From Eledone cirrhosa (Eukaryota), in the NCBI GenBank assembly GCA_964016885.1, contig OZ024742.1:208630001-208694000 (forward strand): a DNA stretch of 64,000 nt. Direction: 5' to 3'. Position numbers and translations under genes: made by a program. The notes under the pieces are model-generated. The model saw only the letters and a list, made by a program, of their open reading frames with translations, made no database searches and was not told the origin of the DNA. This document shows, piece after piece, positions 36,040-49,453 of this stretch. Position 1 is the first letter of the stretch; every line of letters begins with the position of its first letter.

Positions 36040-39000
36040 TTCTTTTGCAGGTATAGCCCGAAATATCGAGAGAGTGTTAGTGACAGAGGAGGAGATGGCA
36101 ATCGCAAGGGCCATGGTGACAAGAAGCGCCAATAGAGTCTCCCTGAAACCTCCACCCGATTTTTTCAAGGACCAGCAGCTACGGACGGTGACTTACCGCA
36201 CCGTAAGCAAAATCTCACATCTGGTGGAGAGAGCCGCGGAAGCTCAAATCCAAAAGGCCTTGGGGTGCGTTTGGGCACGCAAAAACCACATCACCAAGAG
36301 GTAAAAGTACGCCACAGTAGACTTACTTTTCTCCACCCCTCAGGAAGCGAAGTCTCACTCTTTGGAAACCCTAAAGAGAGAGGAGATAGTCTTGGTGCCC
36401 TCCTACTGCAGGCAAAAAATAAAAGGTGAGGGTCAAAGTGACGCAGGTCCCACCCGACGTGCCCATACCTTGGCTGGCCGCGTCTGTCCTTGCTGGAATC
36501 AAGGACAGGACGACCATGCTGCAAGTAGAGAAAATAGGGGGAGAGAACTGTTCAGGTATAGGCATGCAAATGCTTACAAACTGACCAGGAACATATCGAC
36601 GCTAACCCCGATATCATAGACATCGAGGAAGGACTCCAACTCCCTATAAACGTAGAAGGAAGACGGCCAAAATGTTATCTTTGTGGGTCGAAGGGTCACC
36701 ACACGGCCTATTGCCCGCAGAAGACAGCGAAGAAGAAGGCCCCTCTCCTTCCAATACCTGTCCATTGCTACCAAGAGCAGGGCAGGCAACAAACGCAGTA
36801 GCCCCTTCCACGGTGAGTATGAGGCAACCTCCGTGGCACCCGTACCAAGGCCACGGACAACTAAAGCAGCAGCATCAGTGGCGGCAACACCAATAGCTAC
36901 ATTTGAAGTAGCTACACCAGCCACAAAATTGCCGAATAGGGCTCCACTACCACCACCAACAGCTGTGGAACACATACCCCTCCCAGACACCACGGAATCT
37001 GACATGGAGTTTGAGGCGGGAGTGAAGTGGCAAACGGTCTGCCATAAAAAAGAAAAAAGAAAAAACCCTTAGATTCAAAAGCGAAGGCACACAAAGAGGG
37101 GTAAAGGCAGCAAGGAAACTTGCAGGAACATCACCATCATCACCATCACCACCACAAGCACCACCGCCAACAACAACTACACCACCACCAGCATCACCAA
37201 AATCACCAACAACGCAAACAAAACAAAACCACACACCAACAGCAACAAGAAGAAAACGGCAACAAAATCACCCCTACCCCTAAAAGTACACAGCCATAAA
37301 CATGGCAAAAAAAGAACTCATACAATATATAAAGCAGCACACAGACATCACAGAAAAAATCTACTACACCCCACCAACACCAAGAACTCTCCCGACAAAC
37401 ATAAGCATCATCGAAATCTCAATAGAACAGTACAAACCTTGAAAACGAAAATTCCCCAACACATTTGGAGACTTCATAGGGTCGGTTACCAAGAGGATAT
37501 ACTCTGACATCCTCTTGGAAACACCCATGACCAGCCAAAGAACGGTTCTACTGTCCCTTCACCATACGATCAAGGTAACTGACCCTTTTTCACTTGCCCC
37601 GTTTCTCATCCAACATGGCCCTACTCAGAATAGGCAGTATAAATGCACGTGGCCTGGGGTCATCTTGGAAGCAGGGTCACCTGCTCAACGACCTCAGGTC
37701 ACTAAACATAGATATGGTGGCCATCAGCGAAACCAGAATCTACGAAGCACAAGCCTTCGCACCGATCTTCGGCGGCTACGATGTATACGCATCTCCCAGC
37801 CGTCTAGGATCGGGGGAGGGGTTGCCGTCCTTTTTCGGAGAAGTTTGGATCTCGCCATACGGGCCATGTTCCTAAGCCCAGAAGGTAAGTCGGAGGTGCT
37901 GGACGTGACTGGCAGCGAAGGCAATGCTTTCAGGCTAGTAGCCGTCTACGCCACAAAAGGGGCAGGACGGCCAGATTTCTTCAGATGTCTAGAGACCTTT
38001 CTTGGAGCGTCCCGCACATTAGTGTTAGTGGGCGACTGGAACGGTATCTTGGATGCACGCTGGGATTGTGTGGGGCCAATGGATAGGGGAGGAGGGTGCA
38101 AGAGCCTCACCAACCTGCACAGACGTTTTGAATTGTCTGACAGGTATCGACTGGATCACCTGTATGTGCCAATGTGGACATGGACAAACCGCATTGAGTC
38201 ATCCAGATCGTATCTCGATAGGGTATTCTGCAGAGAACTAGATAAGGCTAGTATAAGTTGTCCACAATTTAAAATAGTCGACTACACAGACCATCAATTT
38301 GTGATCTGTGAGATCGACATGGACAGACTTCATAGACAAGGGCCCGGTTAGTGGAATCTGAATGCGTCTTTCCCGGAGCTCAAAGACTACAGAGACCGGA
38401 TTAGCGTACTAGTTAAGCGGGCGTTGACGGGAGCGGTCGTCAACAACAGGTGGTGGTTCGCCCTGAAAAGGGCAATTACAGTAGAGTCGATTAGGTTTAG
38501 CAAAGGACTATTGATAGAGGAAAATAGAGTAGAGTGAGAGTTAGTCAGAAAGATAGAAGAGGCGTTTAGGACAGGCATCGCAACCGACGTACTTGCGGCG
38601 AGATTGGCACTCGACCAATTCTTCAAAACAAAACACGAACGCTGCGTTGTCAGAGCTAGCGCACGTGCTCTGAAACACAAGGGGACAAAAGCCGTCCAAT
38701 GCGCCCAGGTGGCAGAGGCGCCACGTGGCAACAAAGCCACAATTCGGTCTTTGTCTGACCAAACCGGGTGCGTGTTGCTCGAACCCAAGCAGATGTGTGA
38801 AGCTTTTCAGCAGCACTTTGCTGAACTGTTCGGGAGCAGCGGCGGCCCGGATCGGGGCATGGACTTCAGTGCTCTCGACGACCGCAGCACAGTGTTACGA
38901 AAAGCCAATAACAGCCGGTCAAATACGGGAAGCGATGGCTAACTGGACGAGGAGTAAATCGCCAGGTTTGGATGCTCTGACTTACGAGCTTTATGCATTT

Positions 39001-41290
39001 ATGCCAGACTTGTTCGGTGACCTCTTGGCAGACTTTTACTGCAACTGGCAGCAGAACGGGAGCATTCCCAGTTTTGTGAGCCGGGAATGGTGGCGCTGCT
39101 GAGAAAAGAGCCGAACAAGGGGGGTGTTGGCGACAATTTCAGGCCCATAACCCTGCTAAACGCAGAGTTCAAGATTTTGGCCAAGGTGTTAGCAACGAGG
39201 TTGGCGCTTGTCGTCAAGGGTCTGGTGGGAGAGGCGCAGACATGCGCCATTCCGGAGAGATCCATACCCGACAACCTTCACCTCATGCGATACATCATAG
39301 ATTGGTTGTATAAGGAACCAGGCACGGGTGGGGCCCTGATCAACTTGGATCAATCCAAAGCATTCGATAGAGTCGATAATCGGTACCTTGCGGCGGTCCT
39401 CGAGGCATCTGGTTTCGGGTCCGTTTTCAGGGGTTGGATCGCTGCGATATACAGCGACATCTGCTCAGTTGTGAGGGTGAACGGTCACCTGTCGCAGCCG
39501 TTCAGAATCATGCGCTCAGTCTGCCAGGGTTATCCCCTCTCGTCCCTCTTGTACATATTGGCTCTCGAGATGTTATTGCACAAACTGAGGGCGATGAGGG
39601 GCGTTCCACGCGAACTAGGATGCGGGAAATCCGAGTCGGCTTACGCCGACGATATCACATTGTTGGTGTCGAGCACCAGACACGTCCAGATTCTCGGCAC
39701 CGCTCTCAAGGAATACGAAGCGGTGACAGGAGCAAAGATAAACCAGGAAAAGTTGGTGGCCTTGCAGCTCGGCACCTGGAGGGGCAAGTCCATGCCGTCC
39801 GACAGCGTCGTGGGGCGTTGGACGGACGGACCAGTTAAATTGATCGGTGTCTGGTTCGGACCGGACCTCCAAATATAGAACAACTGGAACGAGGTGACGA
39901 GCAAGGTGGCCTCCCTCACCCAGAAATAAGCCGAGAGGAAGCTGTCCCTGAAAGGCCGGGCGGAAGTGACGAATGCGTACATCGCATCCGTTATCTGCTA
40001 CCGCCTCACCGTCGTCCTTGCCCCGGCCCAACTCTCACCACAATGGAGCGCCTCATCTTCCGCTTATTGTGGAAGGGATGAGCTCCCATGGTCAGACGAT
40101 CCATCTGCTGTCAATACCCGTTGCGTGTAGGGTTGAGCATGCCATGTCTGATGATGCACAAAAAGCGCTGAGGCTGCGACATCTCTGGTGCTTCCTTGAC
40201 GGTGAACAGGTGTAGTCGCCGTTCGCGAGGCACATTTTCCCACAGCTCGTCTCCTTGACGGAGGTGCAGTCCTGGGTCAGGAAAGGAACGAGAGATAGCA
40301 CTTGAAAACTGTAATGTCTCCAGGCGCTCACTGCCCTCTTCCAGCTGGGCACCAGTATCGGTGGAACATCCATCTCGACGTTCTATAGAGGAGTAGTGGA
40401 GGGGAAGAGCGACGACGTTCTCGGAGAGATCCTGGGCGTCGAAGAAGATTAGCTGTTTGCTCTCTTCCGGAGAACTTTCAGCACAGGGTCTATGGATAAC
40501 TTCCAAAAATCCCTGGACTACGGGGGAGCGCTGCGGGTTCGAGATAAGCTCTACAGGCACGAAAGTGACGTCAACCGAGCCTGTCCGAGATGCGCGCAGA
40601 GCCACGAAACCGTCGTGCACGCACACGTTTAGTGCCCGAGCATTGCTGACTTGTGGAGCTATGTCGAACAGTTGCTGTCGCGTATGGGACTGATCCGGTT
40701 GTCGACTGAGTACATTGTGCAGATGGTCTCGCCGTCTTCCTTTGAGGAGGAAGGGCAGGCGGTTTTCATCTGCCTGGTGGCCATGGCGAAAGGGATCGTG
40801 TGGTGGACAAAGTTAAAAGTGTTAAAGACAGACACTTTCCTCTTCGGCGAATCCCTAATTAACTTTTTCAAGTTTCCCTTGAAGAGGAAAATCAGGGTGG
40901 AGAGGCAAGTGCTGCCTTCTAGCAACTTTGTTGAAAGGTGGGTAAATGTAGGGAGAATGGTCCACTCTGAATATACGCCTGTAGTTTGAGAAATGGAAAA
41001 ATTGAGAGAGAGCGCTTGCCCTGGTGGTCAGGGTGGCCGTGATCTTTTGTGTGGTTTCCGCCACGAGTAACCCTCAGAGGTTTCTCCCCTATTGGGGAAT
41101 TTTTCATTGTTTCAATTTTCATTTTTATTGTTTATATATATATATATGTTTCTATGTCTTTTTTTTCTTTTCTTATATAAATAATTAAAATCTTTACACG
41201 CACAAAACCCACATCGTACCGTCCTGTACCGTCCTGTGCCGTCTATAATGTTTTTCTTGATGTCAGCCCTTGTGGCCAATAAATAAATAA
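36040..41290 (+). mobile_element. Tx1-like LINE, 5'-truncated in ORF1, decayed
   Basis: Knuckle KCYLCGSKGHHTAYC ~36670; ORF2 ATG at 37615 (MALLRIGSINARGL); GDWN, YTDH, YADD; 3' UTR near-identical to 34250-34555; (ATT)n 41290-41355. Confidence 0.92.
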
Positions 41291-41297
41291 TTATTAA

Positions 41298-41354
<57 letters not shown>

Positions 41355-41355
41355 C

Positions 41356-44300
41356 ATTGTAGAAGTATACAGGTCGCAGGAAAATTTTACTCTCCTAAGT
41401 TTGTGATTTTTGAAGTTTTATTGCGAACTTATTGTAAAAATTTGAATTGTTTTGTATTTAAACAAACCCCGTTTCTTTTGAGGTGGTCGGAATTAATCAG
41501 TATTTAGCCCTTCGAGGCTAAATTCCATTTTGAACTTTGCATTTAGCAAATACGCCCCAAAAAGAAAAATGGCATCATTCAAAAAATCTGTTTCTCTACC
41601 CTGTCTCCACACAAAAATTACTCCTTCACCAAGCTATCGTTCTCTACCTTGACTTTCCTCACAACAATTTCTTTGTTCACCAAGCTGTCAGGGTGGTGTC
41701 TAGCTTTCCTTTTCGTCTTCTTCATCGTCACATAGTGAAAGTCAAGCAAAGGCTATTTCATTCTCTTCTTCATCAAACGGTGGTTGAGAAGCGGCTGCTG
41801 CTGATGCATTTGACAACAAAGGAGGTAGCAGCAGCAGTGTCAGTATCAACAATAACACCTGTGGTAGAGGTAGCAGCAGCAGGAGCAACACCAAAAACAC
41901 CGTTTGAAGCAGTAACAACAATAAGAGCACCAACAAAATCACCAGTAACAGCAGAAGCGGCGGCAACAATGATGCCACTGAAAAAGGGACCATCTCTTTT
42001 GCAACGGTGGTTCGCAACTTAGAAACAGTCCTGGTCACAGAGGAGGAGATGGCGATCGCAAGACACGTGGTAACCAGAACTGAAATTTCAGTGTCCTTGA
42101 AACCACAAACCGACTTCCTGGTGGAACAAGTGCGACGCACAGTGACATACTGCACGATTGCCACGAAATTACGTCGTGGAGAGAGCCTCGGAGGCCCAAA
42201 TCCAGAAGGCCTTGGGAACCGTGTGGGCACGGAAAACCCACATCACCTGTGGCAAGAAATATGCTACTGTGGGCGTCCATTTTGCTACCACCCAGGAAGC
42301 AGAATCGTACTCACTGAGGACCCTAAGAAGTGATGACATAACGTTATTCACGTTTTACAGCAGCAAAAAAATTGCAAAGGTCAGAGTATCCCAGGTCCCG
42401 ACCTACGTACCCGTGCCTTGGCTGGTCGTGTCTGTACTTGCGGGCATCGAGAATAGAACAACCATTCTGCAGGTACAGAAGTTTGGGAGAGAGGACTGGT
42501 CGGGTATTGGAATGGAGATACTCAGGCAAATCGACCGGGACTACACCAGCGCTATTCCTGACGTAATATACCTCGGGAAAGGCTCCCAACTTCCCATATC
42601 TGTCGAAGGAAGGCGCCCAAAGTGTTTCAACTGTGCGTTGAAGTATCACCTCAGGGCCTTCTGCCCAAAGAAAATAACAAAGGCGAAGGTCCCCCTCCTT
42701 CAAACGCCGGAACTGCTGCCATCAGAAACAGAGCAGTCAGCGAAAAATTCGGGAGATTCTACAGAGAGTAGGAAGACAACGTCCGTGGCACCCACACCAA
42801 AGCCACGAACAACAGAAACACCGGCGGCTGCTGCAGCAACAGACACAGTTGCAATAGCTGCACCTCTGCCAAGAACGGCAAAGTAGGCTCCACCATCACC
42901 AGCAAAAACAACACCAAAGACAAATGAGAGGGTAGAACTCATACCTCCCCCCGACCTCTCACAGTCGGACATATAGTATGAGGCGGCTGAGGAGTGGAAA
43001 ACGGTTGTCAACAAAAAAAAAACAAAAAAAAACGTAAACACGCCACAATTTGTCCCTCCAAAAACGAAGACAATGAAAGAGGAGTAAAGGCTGCAAGGAG
43101 ACTTGAAGCAACACCAGCACAAGCATCCCCACCAACAACAACCACACCACCACCAGCATCACCACAAACAGCAACATCCCAAACACAAAAAAGCACACAC
43201 ACCCAACAGCAACAACAGAAAGAACATCACCCCCCCCCCCCCCACACACACACACACTCCAACACAAAGAAAAGTTCACAGCCATAAACATTGCACACAA
43301 AGGATTAATGGAACATATAAAACATCACACCGATATTTCAGACTTAAATTACCACACCCCACCAACACCAAGAACATTACCCAAAAACATGACAATTGTC
43401 GAAATTAAACTGGAAGACAATAAACAGTTAAAGCAAAAATTCCCCGACTGCGTTGGAGATTTCAGAGAGTCACGCTCCAAGAGAATCTATACAGATATGA
43501 TCTTGGAGACACCCATGACCAACCGAAGGGGTGGTTCTACTGTCCCTTCCCGACACGATCAGGGTAGGTGATCCTTTCTCACTTACCAGTTCCTCACCAA
43601 TGTAAATGTACGTGGCCTGGGATCATCTTGGTAGCAGGGTCATCTGCTCAACAACCTCAGGGCACTAAATATAGATGTGGTGGCCATCAGTGAGACCAGA
43701 ATCTCTGAAGCACGCGTCTTCGCACCGATCTTCGGCGGCTACGATGTAGACGCCTCTCCCAGCCGTCCGAGATCGGGGGGTGGAGTTGCTGTGCTTTTTC
43801 GGAGAGGCTTGGATCTCGCCTTACGGTCCATCTTCCTTGACACAGAAGGTAAGTTGGTGGTGCTGGACGTGACTGGCAGCGAAGGCAATGCTTTCAGTCT
43901 AGTAGCCGTTACGCCCCAACAGAGGCAGGACGGCCAGATTTCTTCAGACGTCTAGAGACCTTTCTTGAAATGTCTCGCTCTTTAGTGTTAGTGGGCGACT
44001 GGAACGGTATCTTAGATGCACGCTGGGAATATGTGGGGATAGTAGACGGGGGAAGAGGGTGTAAAAGCCTCAAAAACCTGCTCAAACGTTTTCAACTGTC
44101 TAACAGCTATAAACTGGATTATCTGAATGTGCCAATGTGGACATGGGCAAACCGCAACGGGTCATCCAGGCCGTATTTAGATAGGGTATTCTGTAGGGAA
44201 ACACATGAGGCTAGTGTAGGTTATCCCCAATTTAAAGTAGTTGACTACACGGATTACAAATGTGTGATCTCTGAAGTTGATTTAGGTAGACTCCATAGGC

Positions 44301-46847
44301 AAGGGCCCGGTTACTGGAAGCTGAAAGCGTCATTCCTGGCGCGCAAGGCTTATAGAGTAGAGGGAGAGCTAGTTAGAATAGAAGAGGCTTTTAGTACAGG
44401 CATCGCAATCGACGTGCTTGCGGCAAGATTGGCACTCGAACAATTCTTTAACGCAAAGCATGAAGGCTGCGTTGTCAGAGTTAGAGCATGCTCTATGCAC
44501 GATGGGACGAAAGCAACTTAATTGGCCCGGGTGGTGGAGACTCGACGTGGAAACAAGTCCACAATTCGGTCTTTGCCTGAACCCGAGCAGATGTGTGCGG
44601 TTTTTCAACAGCACTTTGCTCAATTGATCGGGAGCGGCTATCTCTTGGCAGATGTCTACTGCAACTGGCAGCATAACGGTAGAATTCCCAGGTTTGAATT
44701 CCCAGCTTAGAAAAGACCCAAATAAGGGGAACGTTATAGCCAAATTCAGGCCCATAACACTGCTGAATGCAGGGTTCAATATTTTGGCCTAGGTGTTAGC
44801 AAAGAGATTGTCGTCGGTGATCTGGTGGGAGAGGTGCAGACATGCGCCATTCCGGACAGATCCATCCACGATAACCTCCATCTCATGCGATACATCATAG
44901 AGAGGGTGGCTAAGGAACCTGACACGGGTGAGGCCCTGATCAACTGGGATCAATCCAAAGTATTCGATAGGATCGACCATTGTTACCTGGTGGCGGTCCT
45001 CAAGACAGTGGTTTCGGGGCCGTTTTCAGGGGTTGGATCGCTGCGATGTACAGCGACATCTGTTCAGTTATGAGGGTGAACGGTCATTTGTCGCAGCCGT
45101 TCAGCATCATGCGCTCGGTCCGCCAGGGTTGTCCTCTTTCGTCCCTCTTGTACGTATTGGCTCTCGAGCCGTTACTGCACAAACAGGGGGGCGATGAAGG
45201 GCGTCCCACGCGAACTAGGACGCGGAAAATCCCTTCGGCTGACGCCGACGACATAACCATGGTGGAGTGGTGCACCAGACACATTCAGATGCTCGGCACC
45301 ACTCCCAAGCAATACGAAGCGGTGACAGGACCAAAGATAAACCAGGAAAAGTCGGTGGGTTTGCAGCATGGCACCTAGAGAGGCAAGTCCATGCCTCCGA
45401 CAGCGTCGTGGGGCGTTGGACGGGCGGACCGGTTAAATTGCTCGGGGTCTGGTGCAGACCGGACCTCCAGATGGAGAACAACTGGGGTGAGGTGTCGATC
45501 AGTGTGGCCTCCCTCACCCAGAAATGGGCCGAGAGGAAGCTGTCCCTGAAAGGCCGTGCAGAGGTGGCATCCGTCATCTGCTACCGCCTCATCGTCCTTC
45601 CTTGCCCCGGCCCAACTCTCACCAAAATGGAGCGCCTCCTCTTCCGCTTTTTGTGGAAGGGACGCGCTCCCATGGTCAGACGATCCATCTGCTATCAACA
45701 CCCGTTGCGTGGAGGACTGGGCATGCCATGGCTGATGATGCGCAAACACGCGCTGAGGCTGCGACATCTCTGGTGCTTCCTTGATGGTGAACAGGTGTGG
45801 TCGCCGTTCGCGAGACACGTTTTCCCACAGCTCGTCTCCTTGACGGAGCTTCAGTCCTGGGTCAGGAAAAGACCGAGAGCTAGCGCTTGGAAACTGGAAT
45901 GTCTCCTGGCGCTCACCACCCTCTGCCAAGTAGGCTCCAGTATCGGTGGAACATCCATCTCGACGTTCTATAGAGAACTATTGGAGGGGAAGACCGTCGA
46001 CGTTCTCAGGGGGATCCTGGGCGTCGAAGAAAATCAGCTATTTGCTCTCTACCGGAGAACTTTCATCCCAGGATGGTATAACTTCCAAAAATCCCAGGCA
46101 TGGCAGTGCAACCGAGGAACATTGTCGGTTCGAGATAGGCTCTACAGGCACGGAAGTGCCGTCAGCCGAGCCTGTCCGAGATGCGCGCAGAGCGACGAAA
46201 CGATCGTGCACGCACTCGTTCAGTGCCTTAGCATTGCTGACTTGTGGAGCTATGTTGAACAGTTGCTGTCGCGTGTAGGACTGATCCGGTTATCGACTGA
46301 GTCCATTGTACAGATGGTCTTGCCGTCTTCCTTCGAGGTGGAAGGGCAGGCAGATTTCATCTGCCCTGTGGCCATGCGAAAAAGATTGTGTGGTGGACAA
46401 GGTGGAAAGGGTTGAAGAAGGACACTTTCCTCTTCGGCGAATCCCTAATTAACTTTTTCAAGTTTCAATTGAAGAGGAAAATCAGGGTGGAGAGGCAAGT
46501 GCTGTCTTCTAGTAAGTTTGTTGAAAGGTGGGTGAAAGTGACGAGTCTATTCCGAGTGAACGAGCTCGCTCTGAGTATGCGCCTGTAGCCTGAGGAGTGG
46601 GAAAACTGAGAGAGGGCGCTTGCCCTGGTGATCAGGGTGGCTGTGGTCTTTTGTGTGGTTCTTGCCACGAGTGACCCTCGGAGGCTTCCCCCTTTTCGGG
46701 GAATTTTTGTTTTTGAATTTTTTTGATATTTCTATCTTTTTATAACCTTTTTACACGACCAAAACCTACTTTGTATCTTCCTGTACCGATCTGTGCCGTC
46801 TGTAATGTTTTTCTTCATGTTAGCCCTTGTGGCCAATAAAGAAACCA
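41356..46847 (+). mobile_element. Tx1-like LINE, full span with internal deletions, head-to-tail with the previous copy
   Basis: ORF1 knuckle KCFNCALKYHLRAFC; APE GDWN; RT motifs; CPRCAQSDETIVHALVQC; ends GGCCAATAAAGAAACC(ATT)n. Confidence 0.92.
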
Positions 46848-46857
46848 TTATTATTAT

Positions 46858-47363
46858 GGCGGTGAATTGACAGTATCGGTAGAGGGTGGGACGTCATGCT
46901 TTGCACCCTACAGTTACTGCCCTTTATGATCTGGTTTCGAATTCCGCCGAGGTTGCCTTTGCCTCTCATTCTTGCGGGGTCGATGAAAGAAAGTACCCGT
47001 CACGCACCGGGGACGATATAATCTGCTTTCCCCTCCCCCTAAACTGCTGGCCTTGTGCCTATATAAGAAACCATTATTATTTGTATTACTTGGCCAGCAA
47101 TTCCCCCCTCCCCAACTTCAGTATTGCACTGGTGTAACTGATGGCCTTGTGCAAAAGTATAAACAATTATTACTATTATTGTGGATTGGCAGTATTGGTA
47201 GAGGGTCGCACGCCATGCTTTGACGCATAGAGTTACGGCCCTTGCCATTCTGAGTTCAAATCCCACCTAGGTTGACTTTGCCTTTCATCCTTACGGGTGT
47301 CGATAAAATAAAGTACCAGTAATGCACTGGGTAATTGCTGGCCTTGTGCCTAAAGTAGAAACA

Positions 47364-47407
<44 letters not shown>
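46858..47407 (+). mobile_element. SINE cluster (long variant ~46858-47080, fragment, short variant ~47180-47407)
   Basis: A/B-box-like motifs, core, shared 3' end, (ATT)n tails. Confidence 0.85.
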
Positions 47408-47408
<1 letters not shown>

Positions 47409-49260
47409 GTAACTACTGTCTTTCTTTGTTTTCATCGCTATTTCCCAAATCCCCTTTTTTCTTTTGAAAGTATTAGAAGGTAACTATCATGTTTTCAAAG
47501 TTATCTGAATTATCGTCTTCGGTTCCTATAAATCATACGATTCTACTGAAAATAGGAGAGTGAAAATAAGAAAAGAAAACGAATAAGTGCAGATCAAAAT
47601 ATTCGGAAGCAAACGGCAACAGAAAACAATTTGTTACTTACTATTCTAAAACCTGATGCTACTCGACTCATCGTATATAACTGTCATGTAATTATAAAGT
47701 AGATAGGACTTTCTGAGGAGTCAGAGTTGTCTACATAAACAACATTCAGTGTCACGCTAGAACACAACCATTTTTTTCAAGAATAAAGTAACGAATAAAT
47801 ATGAAGAAAGAAAATAACGTTTGGATCCAGTTGTTTTTGGGGTCAACTATATATTTTAAACATAGGTAATATATTAGAAAATGGTTTGCTTTACCATAAG
47901 AAAACAATGTTTTCGTGTTAGGAAACCTTTATGACAGAGGAAGATGTGCATTTGGTGATGGATACATGGTGCAACATGAATTTACTGTACCATTGAATGT
48001 ACCATTGAATGTAACCGCAACCTTTATACGCCACTCATGGCCTATATATGAGTAGTAAACAGATTGTAGCCACTGATGGATGTAGTATATTGATCTACTA
48101 CTTATTTCTCACATCTTGATAAACTGAGGCAATGTAGAATGCAAAACAGCGATTTTGCCATGGTTGTACATAGCTAAATATCCGAACCTGTCCACCATCT
48201 CATGTCTAATAATTGTCTAATAATTGTCTAATCATGTGGTATTTGTTTCAGGTCTTTAATGTCGATTCAAACTCTGCTGAAATACATGCCTACGTCTGAG
48301 CGAGAATGACAGCTGTAAGAGGACAGCTCAGTTTTCTTTCAATTGTGCCGTTCTTTGATTTGCACCATATGGTTATCTGTCATACAGCTATATACTGTGG
48401 CTATTTCTCTTTTATTGTTATAAGTAGCCACAGTCTCTCCTCGTCCCAAACGTGTTTCAGACCGTGTAGCTAATAAAGAAATTACTATTAATAAGAACAA
48501 AGGTTTAGCAGAATGTTTCGATTATCAAACAAATTACTTTAAGATAATTTACTAAGGCTGTATATGTCCTGAGATCAAATACTGATGAGGCTGATTCGAT
48601 GAAATATAATACTGGAGTCTATTTAATCGAATATCACCCCCTGCCTCCAAAGAAATTGTTGACCTTATGCTTGTTAAATTAGTGCTTGTGGCAGCGGTGA
48701 CAGTAAATATGTGTAAATAACTAATGTTGCCCAAATCGAACTAAAGAACAACAGCACCTTCTGCCACTACCAACGGAAAACTCCCACATTCTTAATTCTA
48801 CTACAATTACTACTCCTACTATACGGTAAACGTTGTTTCATAGCAACGTGGAAATGCTGGTAGAACTAGTAGTGTTATTAACATTTTAAGTTGACCTGGC
48901 TTTCTTGGAATAGAAATTACATCGATCCCTGCCACACCCCCTTCATCACGAAAGCAATTCCCTGCCAAGCTTTTAATATTTCAGTAAGTCATTGCCAAGT
49001 GCTTCGAAGTCTCTTGAGAAGAGAAATTTCTGCCAAAATTTCTCTAGGTCAAGAGCTATTGTGATTTAACAACTTCATACGTTCAAAAACAATATTGATG
49101 AGGGAGTATTTGAGTTGATTATAGGCATTCAATAAAGTTGGGTATGAGAATGATATGTTTTTTCTACAGTACTGCACAAACTCTTACAAATAATAGTTAG
49201 TTCGAATTGATATTTTACGGTGAAAAAAAAAATTGATATAACAATGAACAGCAGTCTACT

Positions 49261-49453
49261 ATTATTGGCAATATCGGTAGAGCGTCAGATACAATGCTTT
49301 GCAGCATAGAGTTATGGACATTTATTTTCTGAGTTCAAATCCCACCGAGATTAGCTTTGCCTTTCATCCTTACAGGGTCGATAAAATAAAGCACCAGTAA
49401 TGCAATGGGGTGTTTGATGCCCTTGTGCCAAAAGTAGAAACATTATTATTATT
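49261..49453 (+). mobile_element. tRNA-derived SINE
   Basis: TGGCAATATCGG, GAGTTCAAATCCC, core, GCCCTTGTGCCAAAAGTAGAAACATTATT. Confidence 0.85.

Noticed and set aside
1-47407. Uni-strand piRNA cluster suggested by all Tx1 copies being on +
   Set aside because: Dong copies are on the opposite strand and SINEs on both; target polarity explains the bias more simply. Not excluded without small-RNA data.
48580-48610. CTGATGAG...GAAA hammerhead-like motif
   Set aside because: Stem II and flanking stems do not pair.
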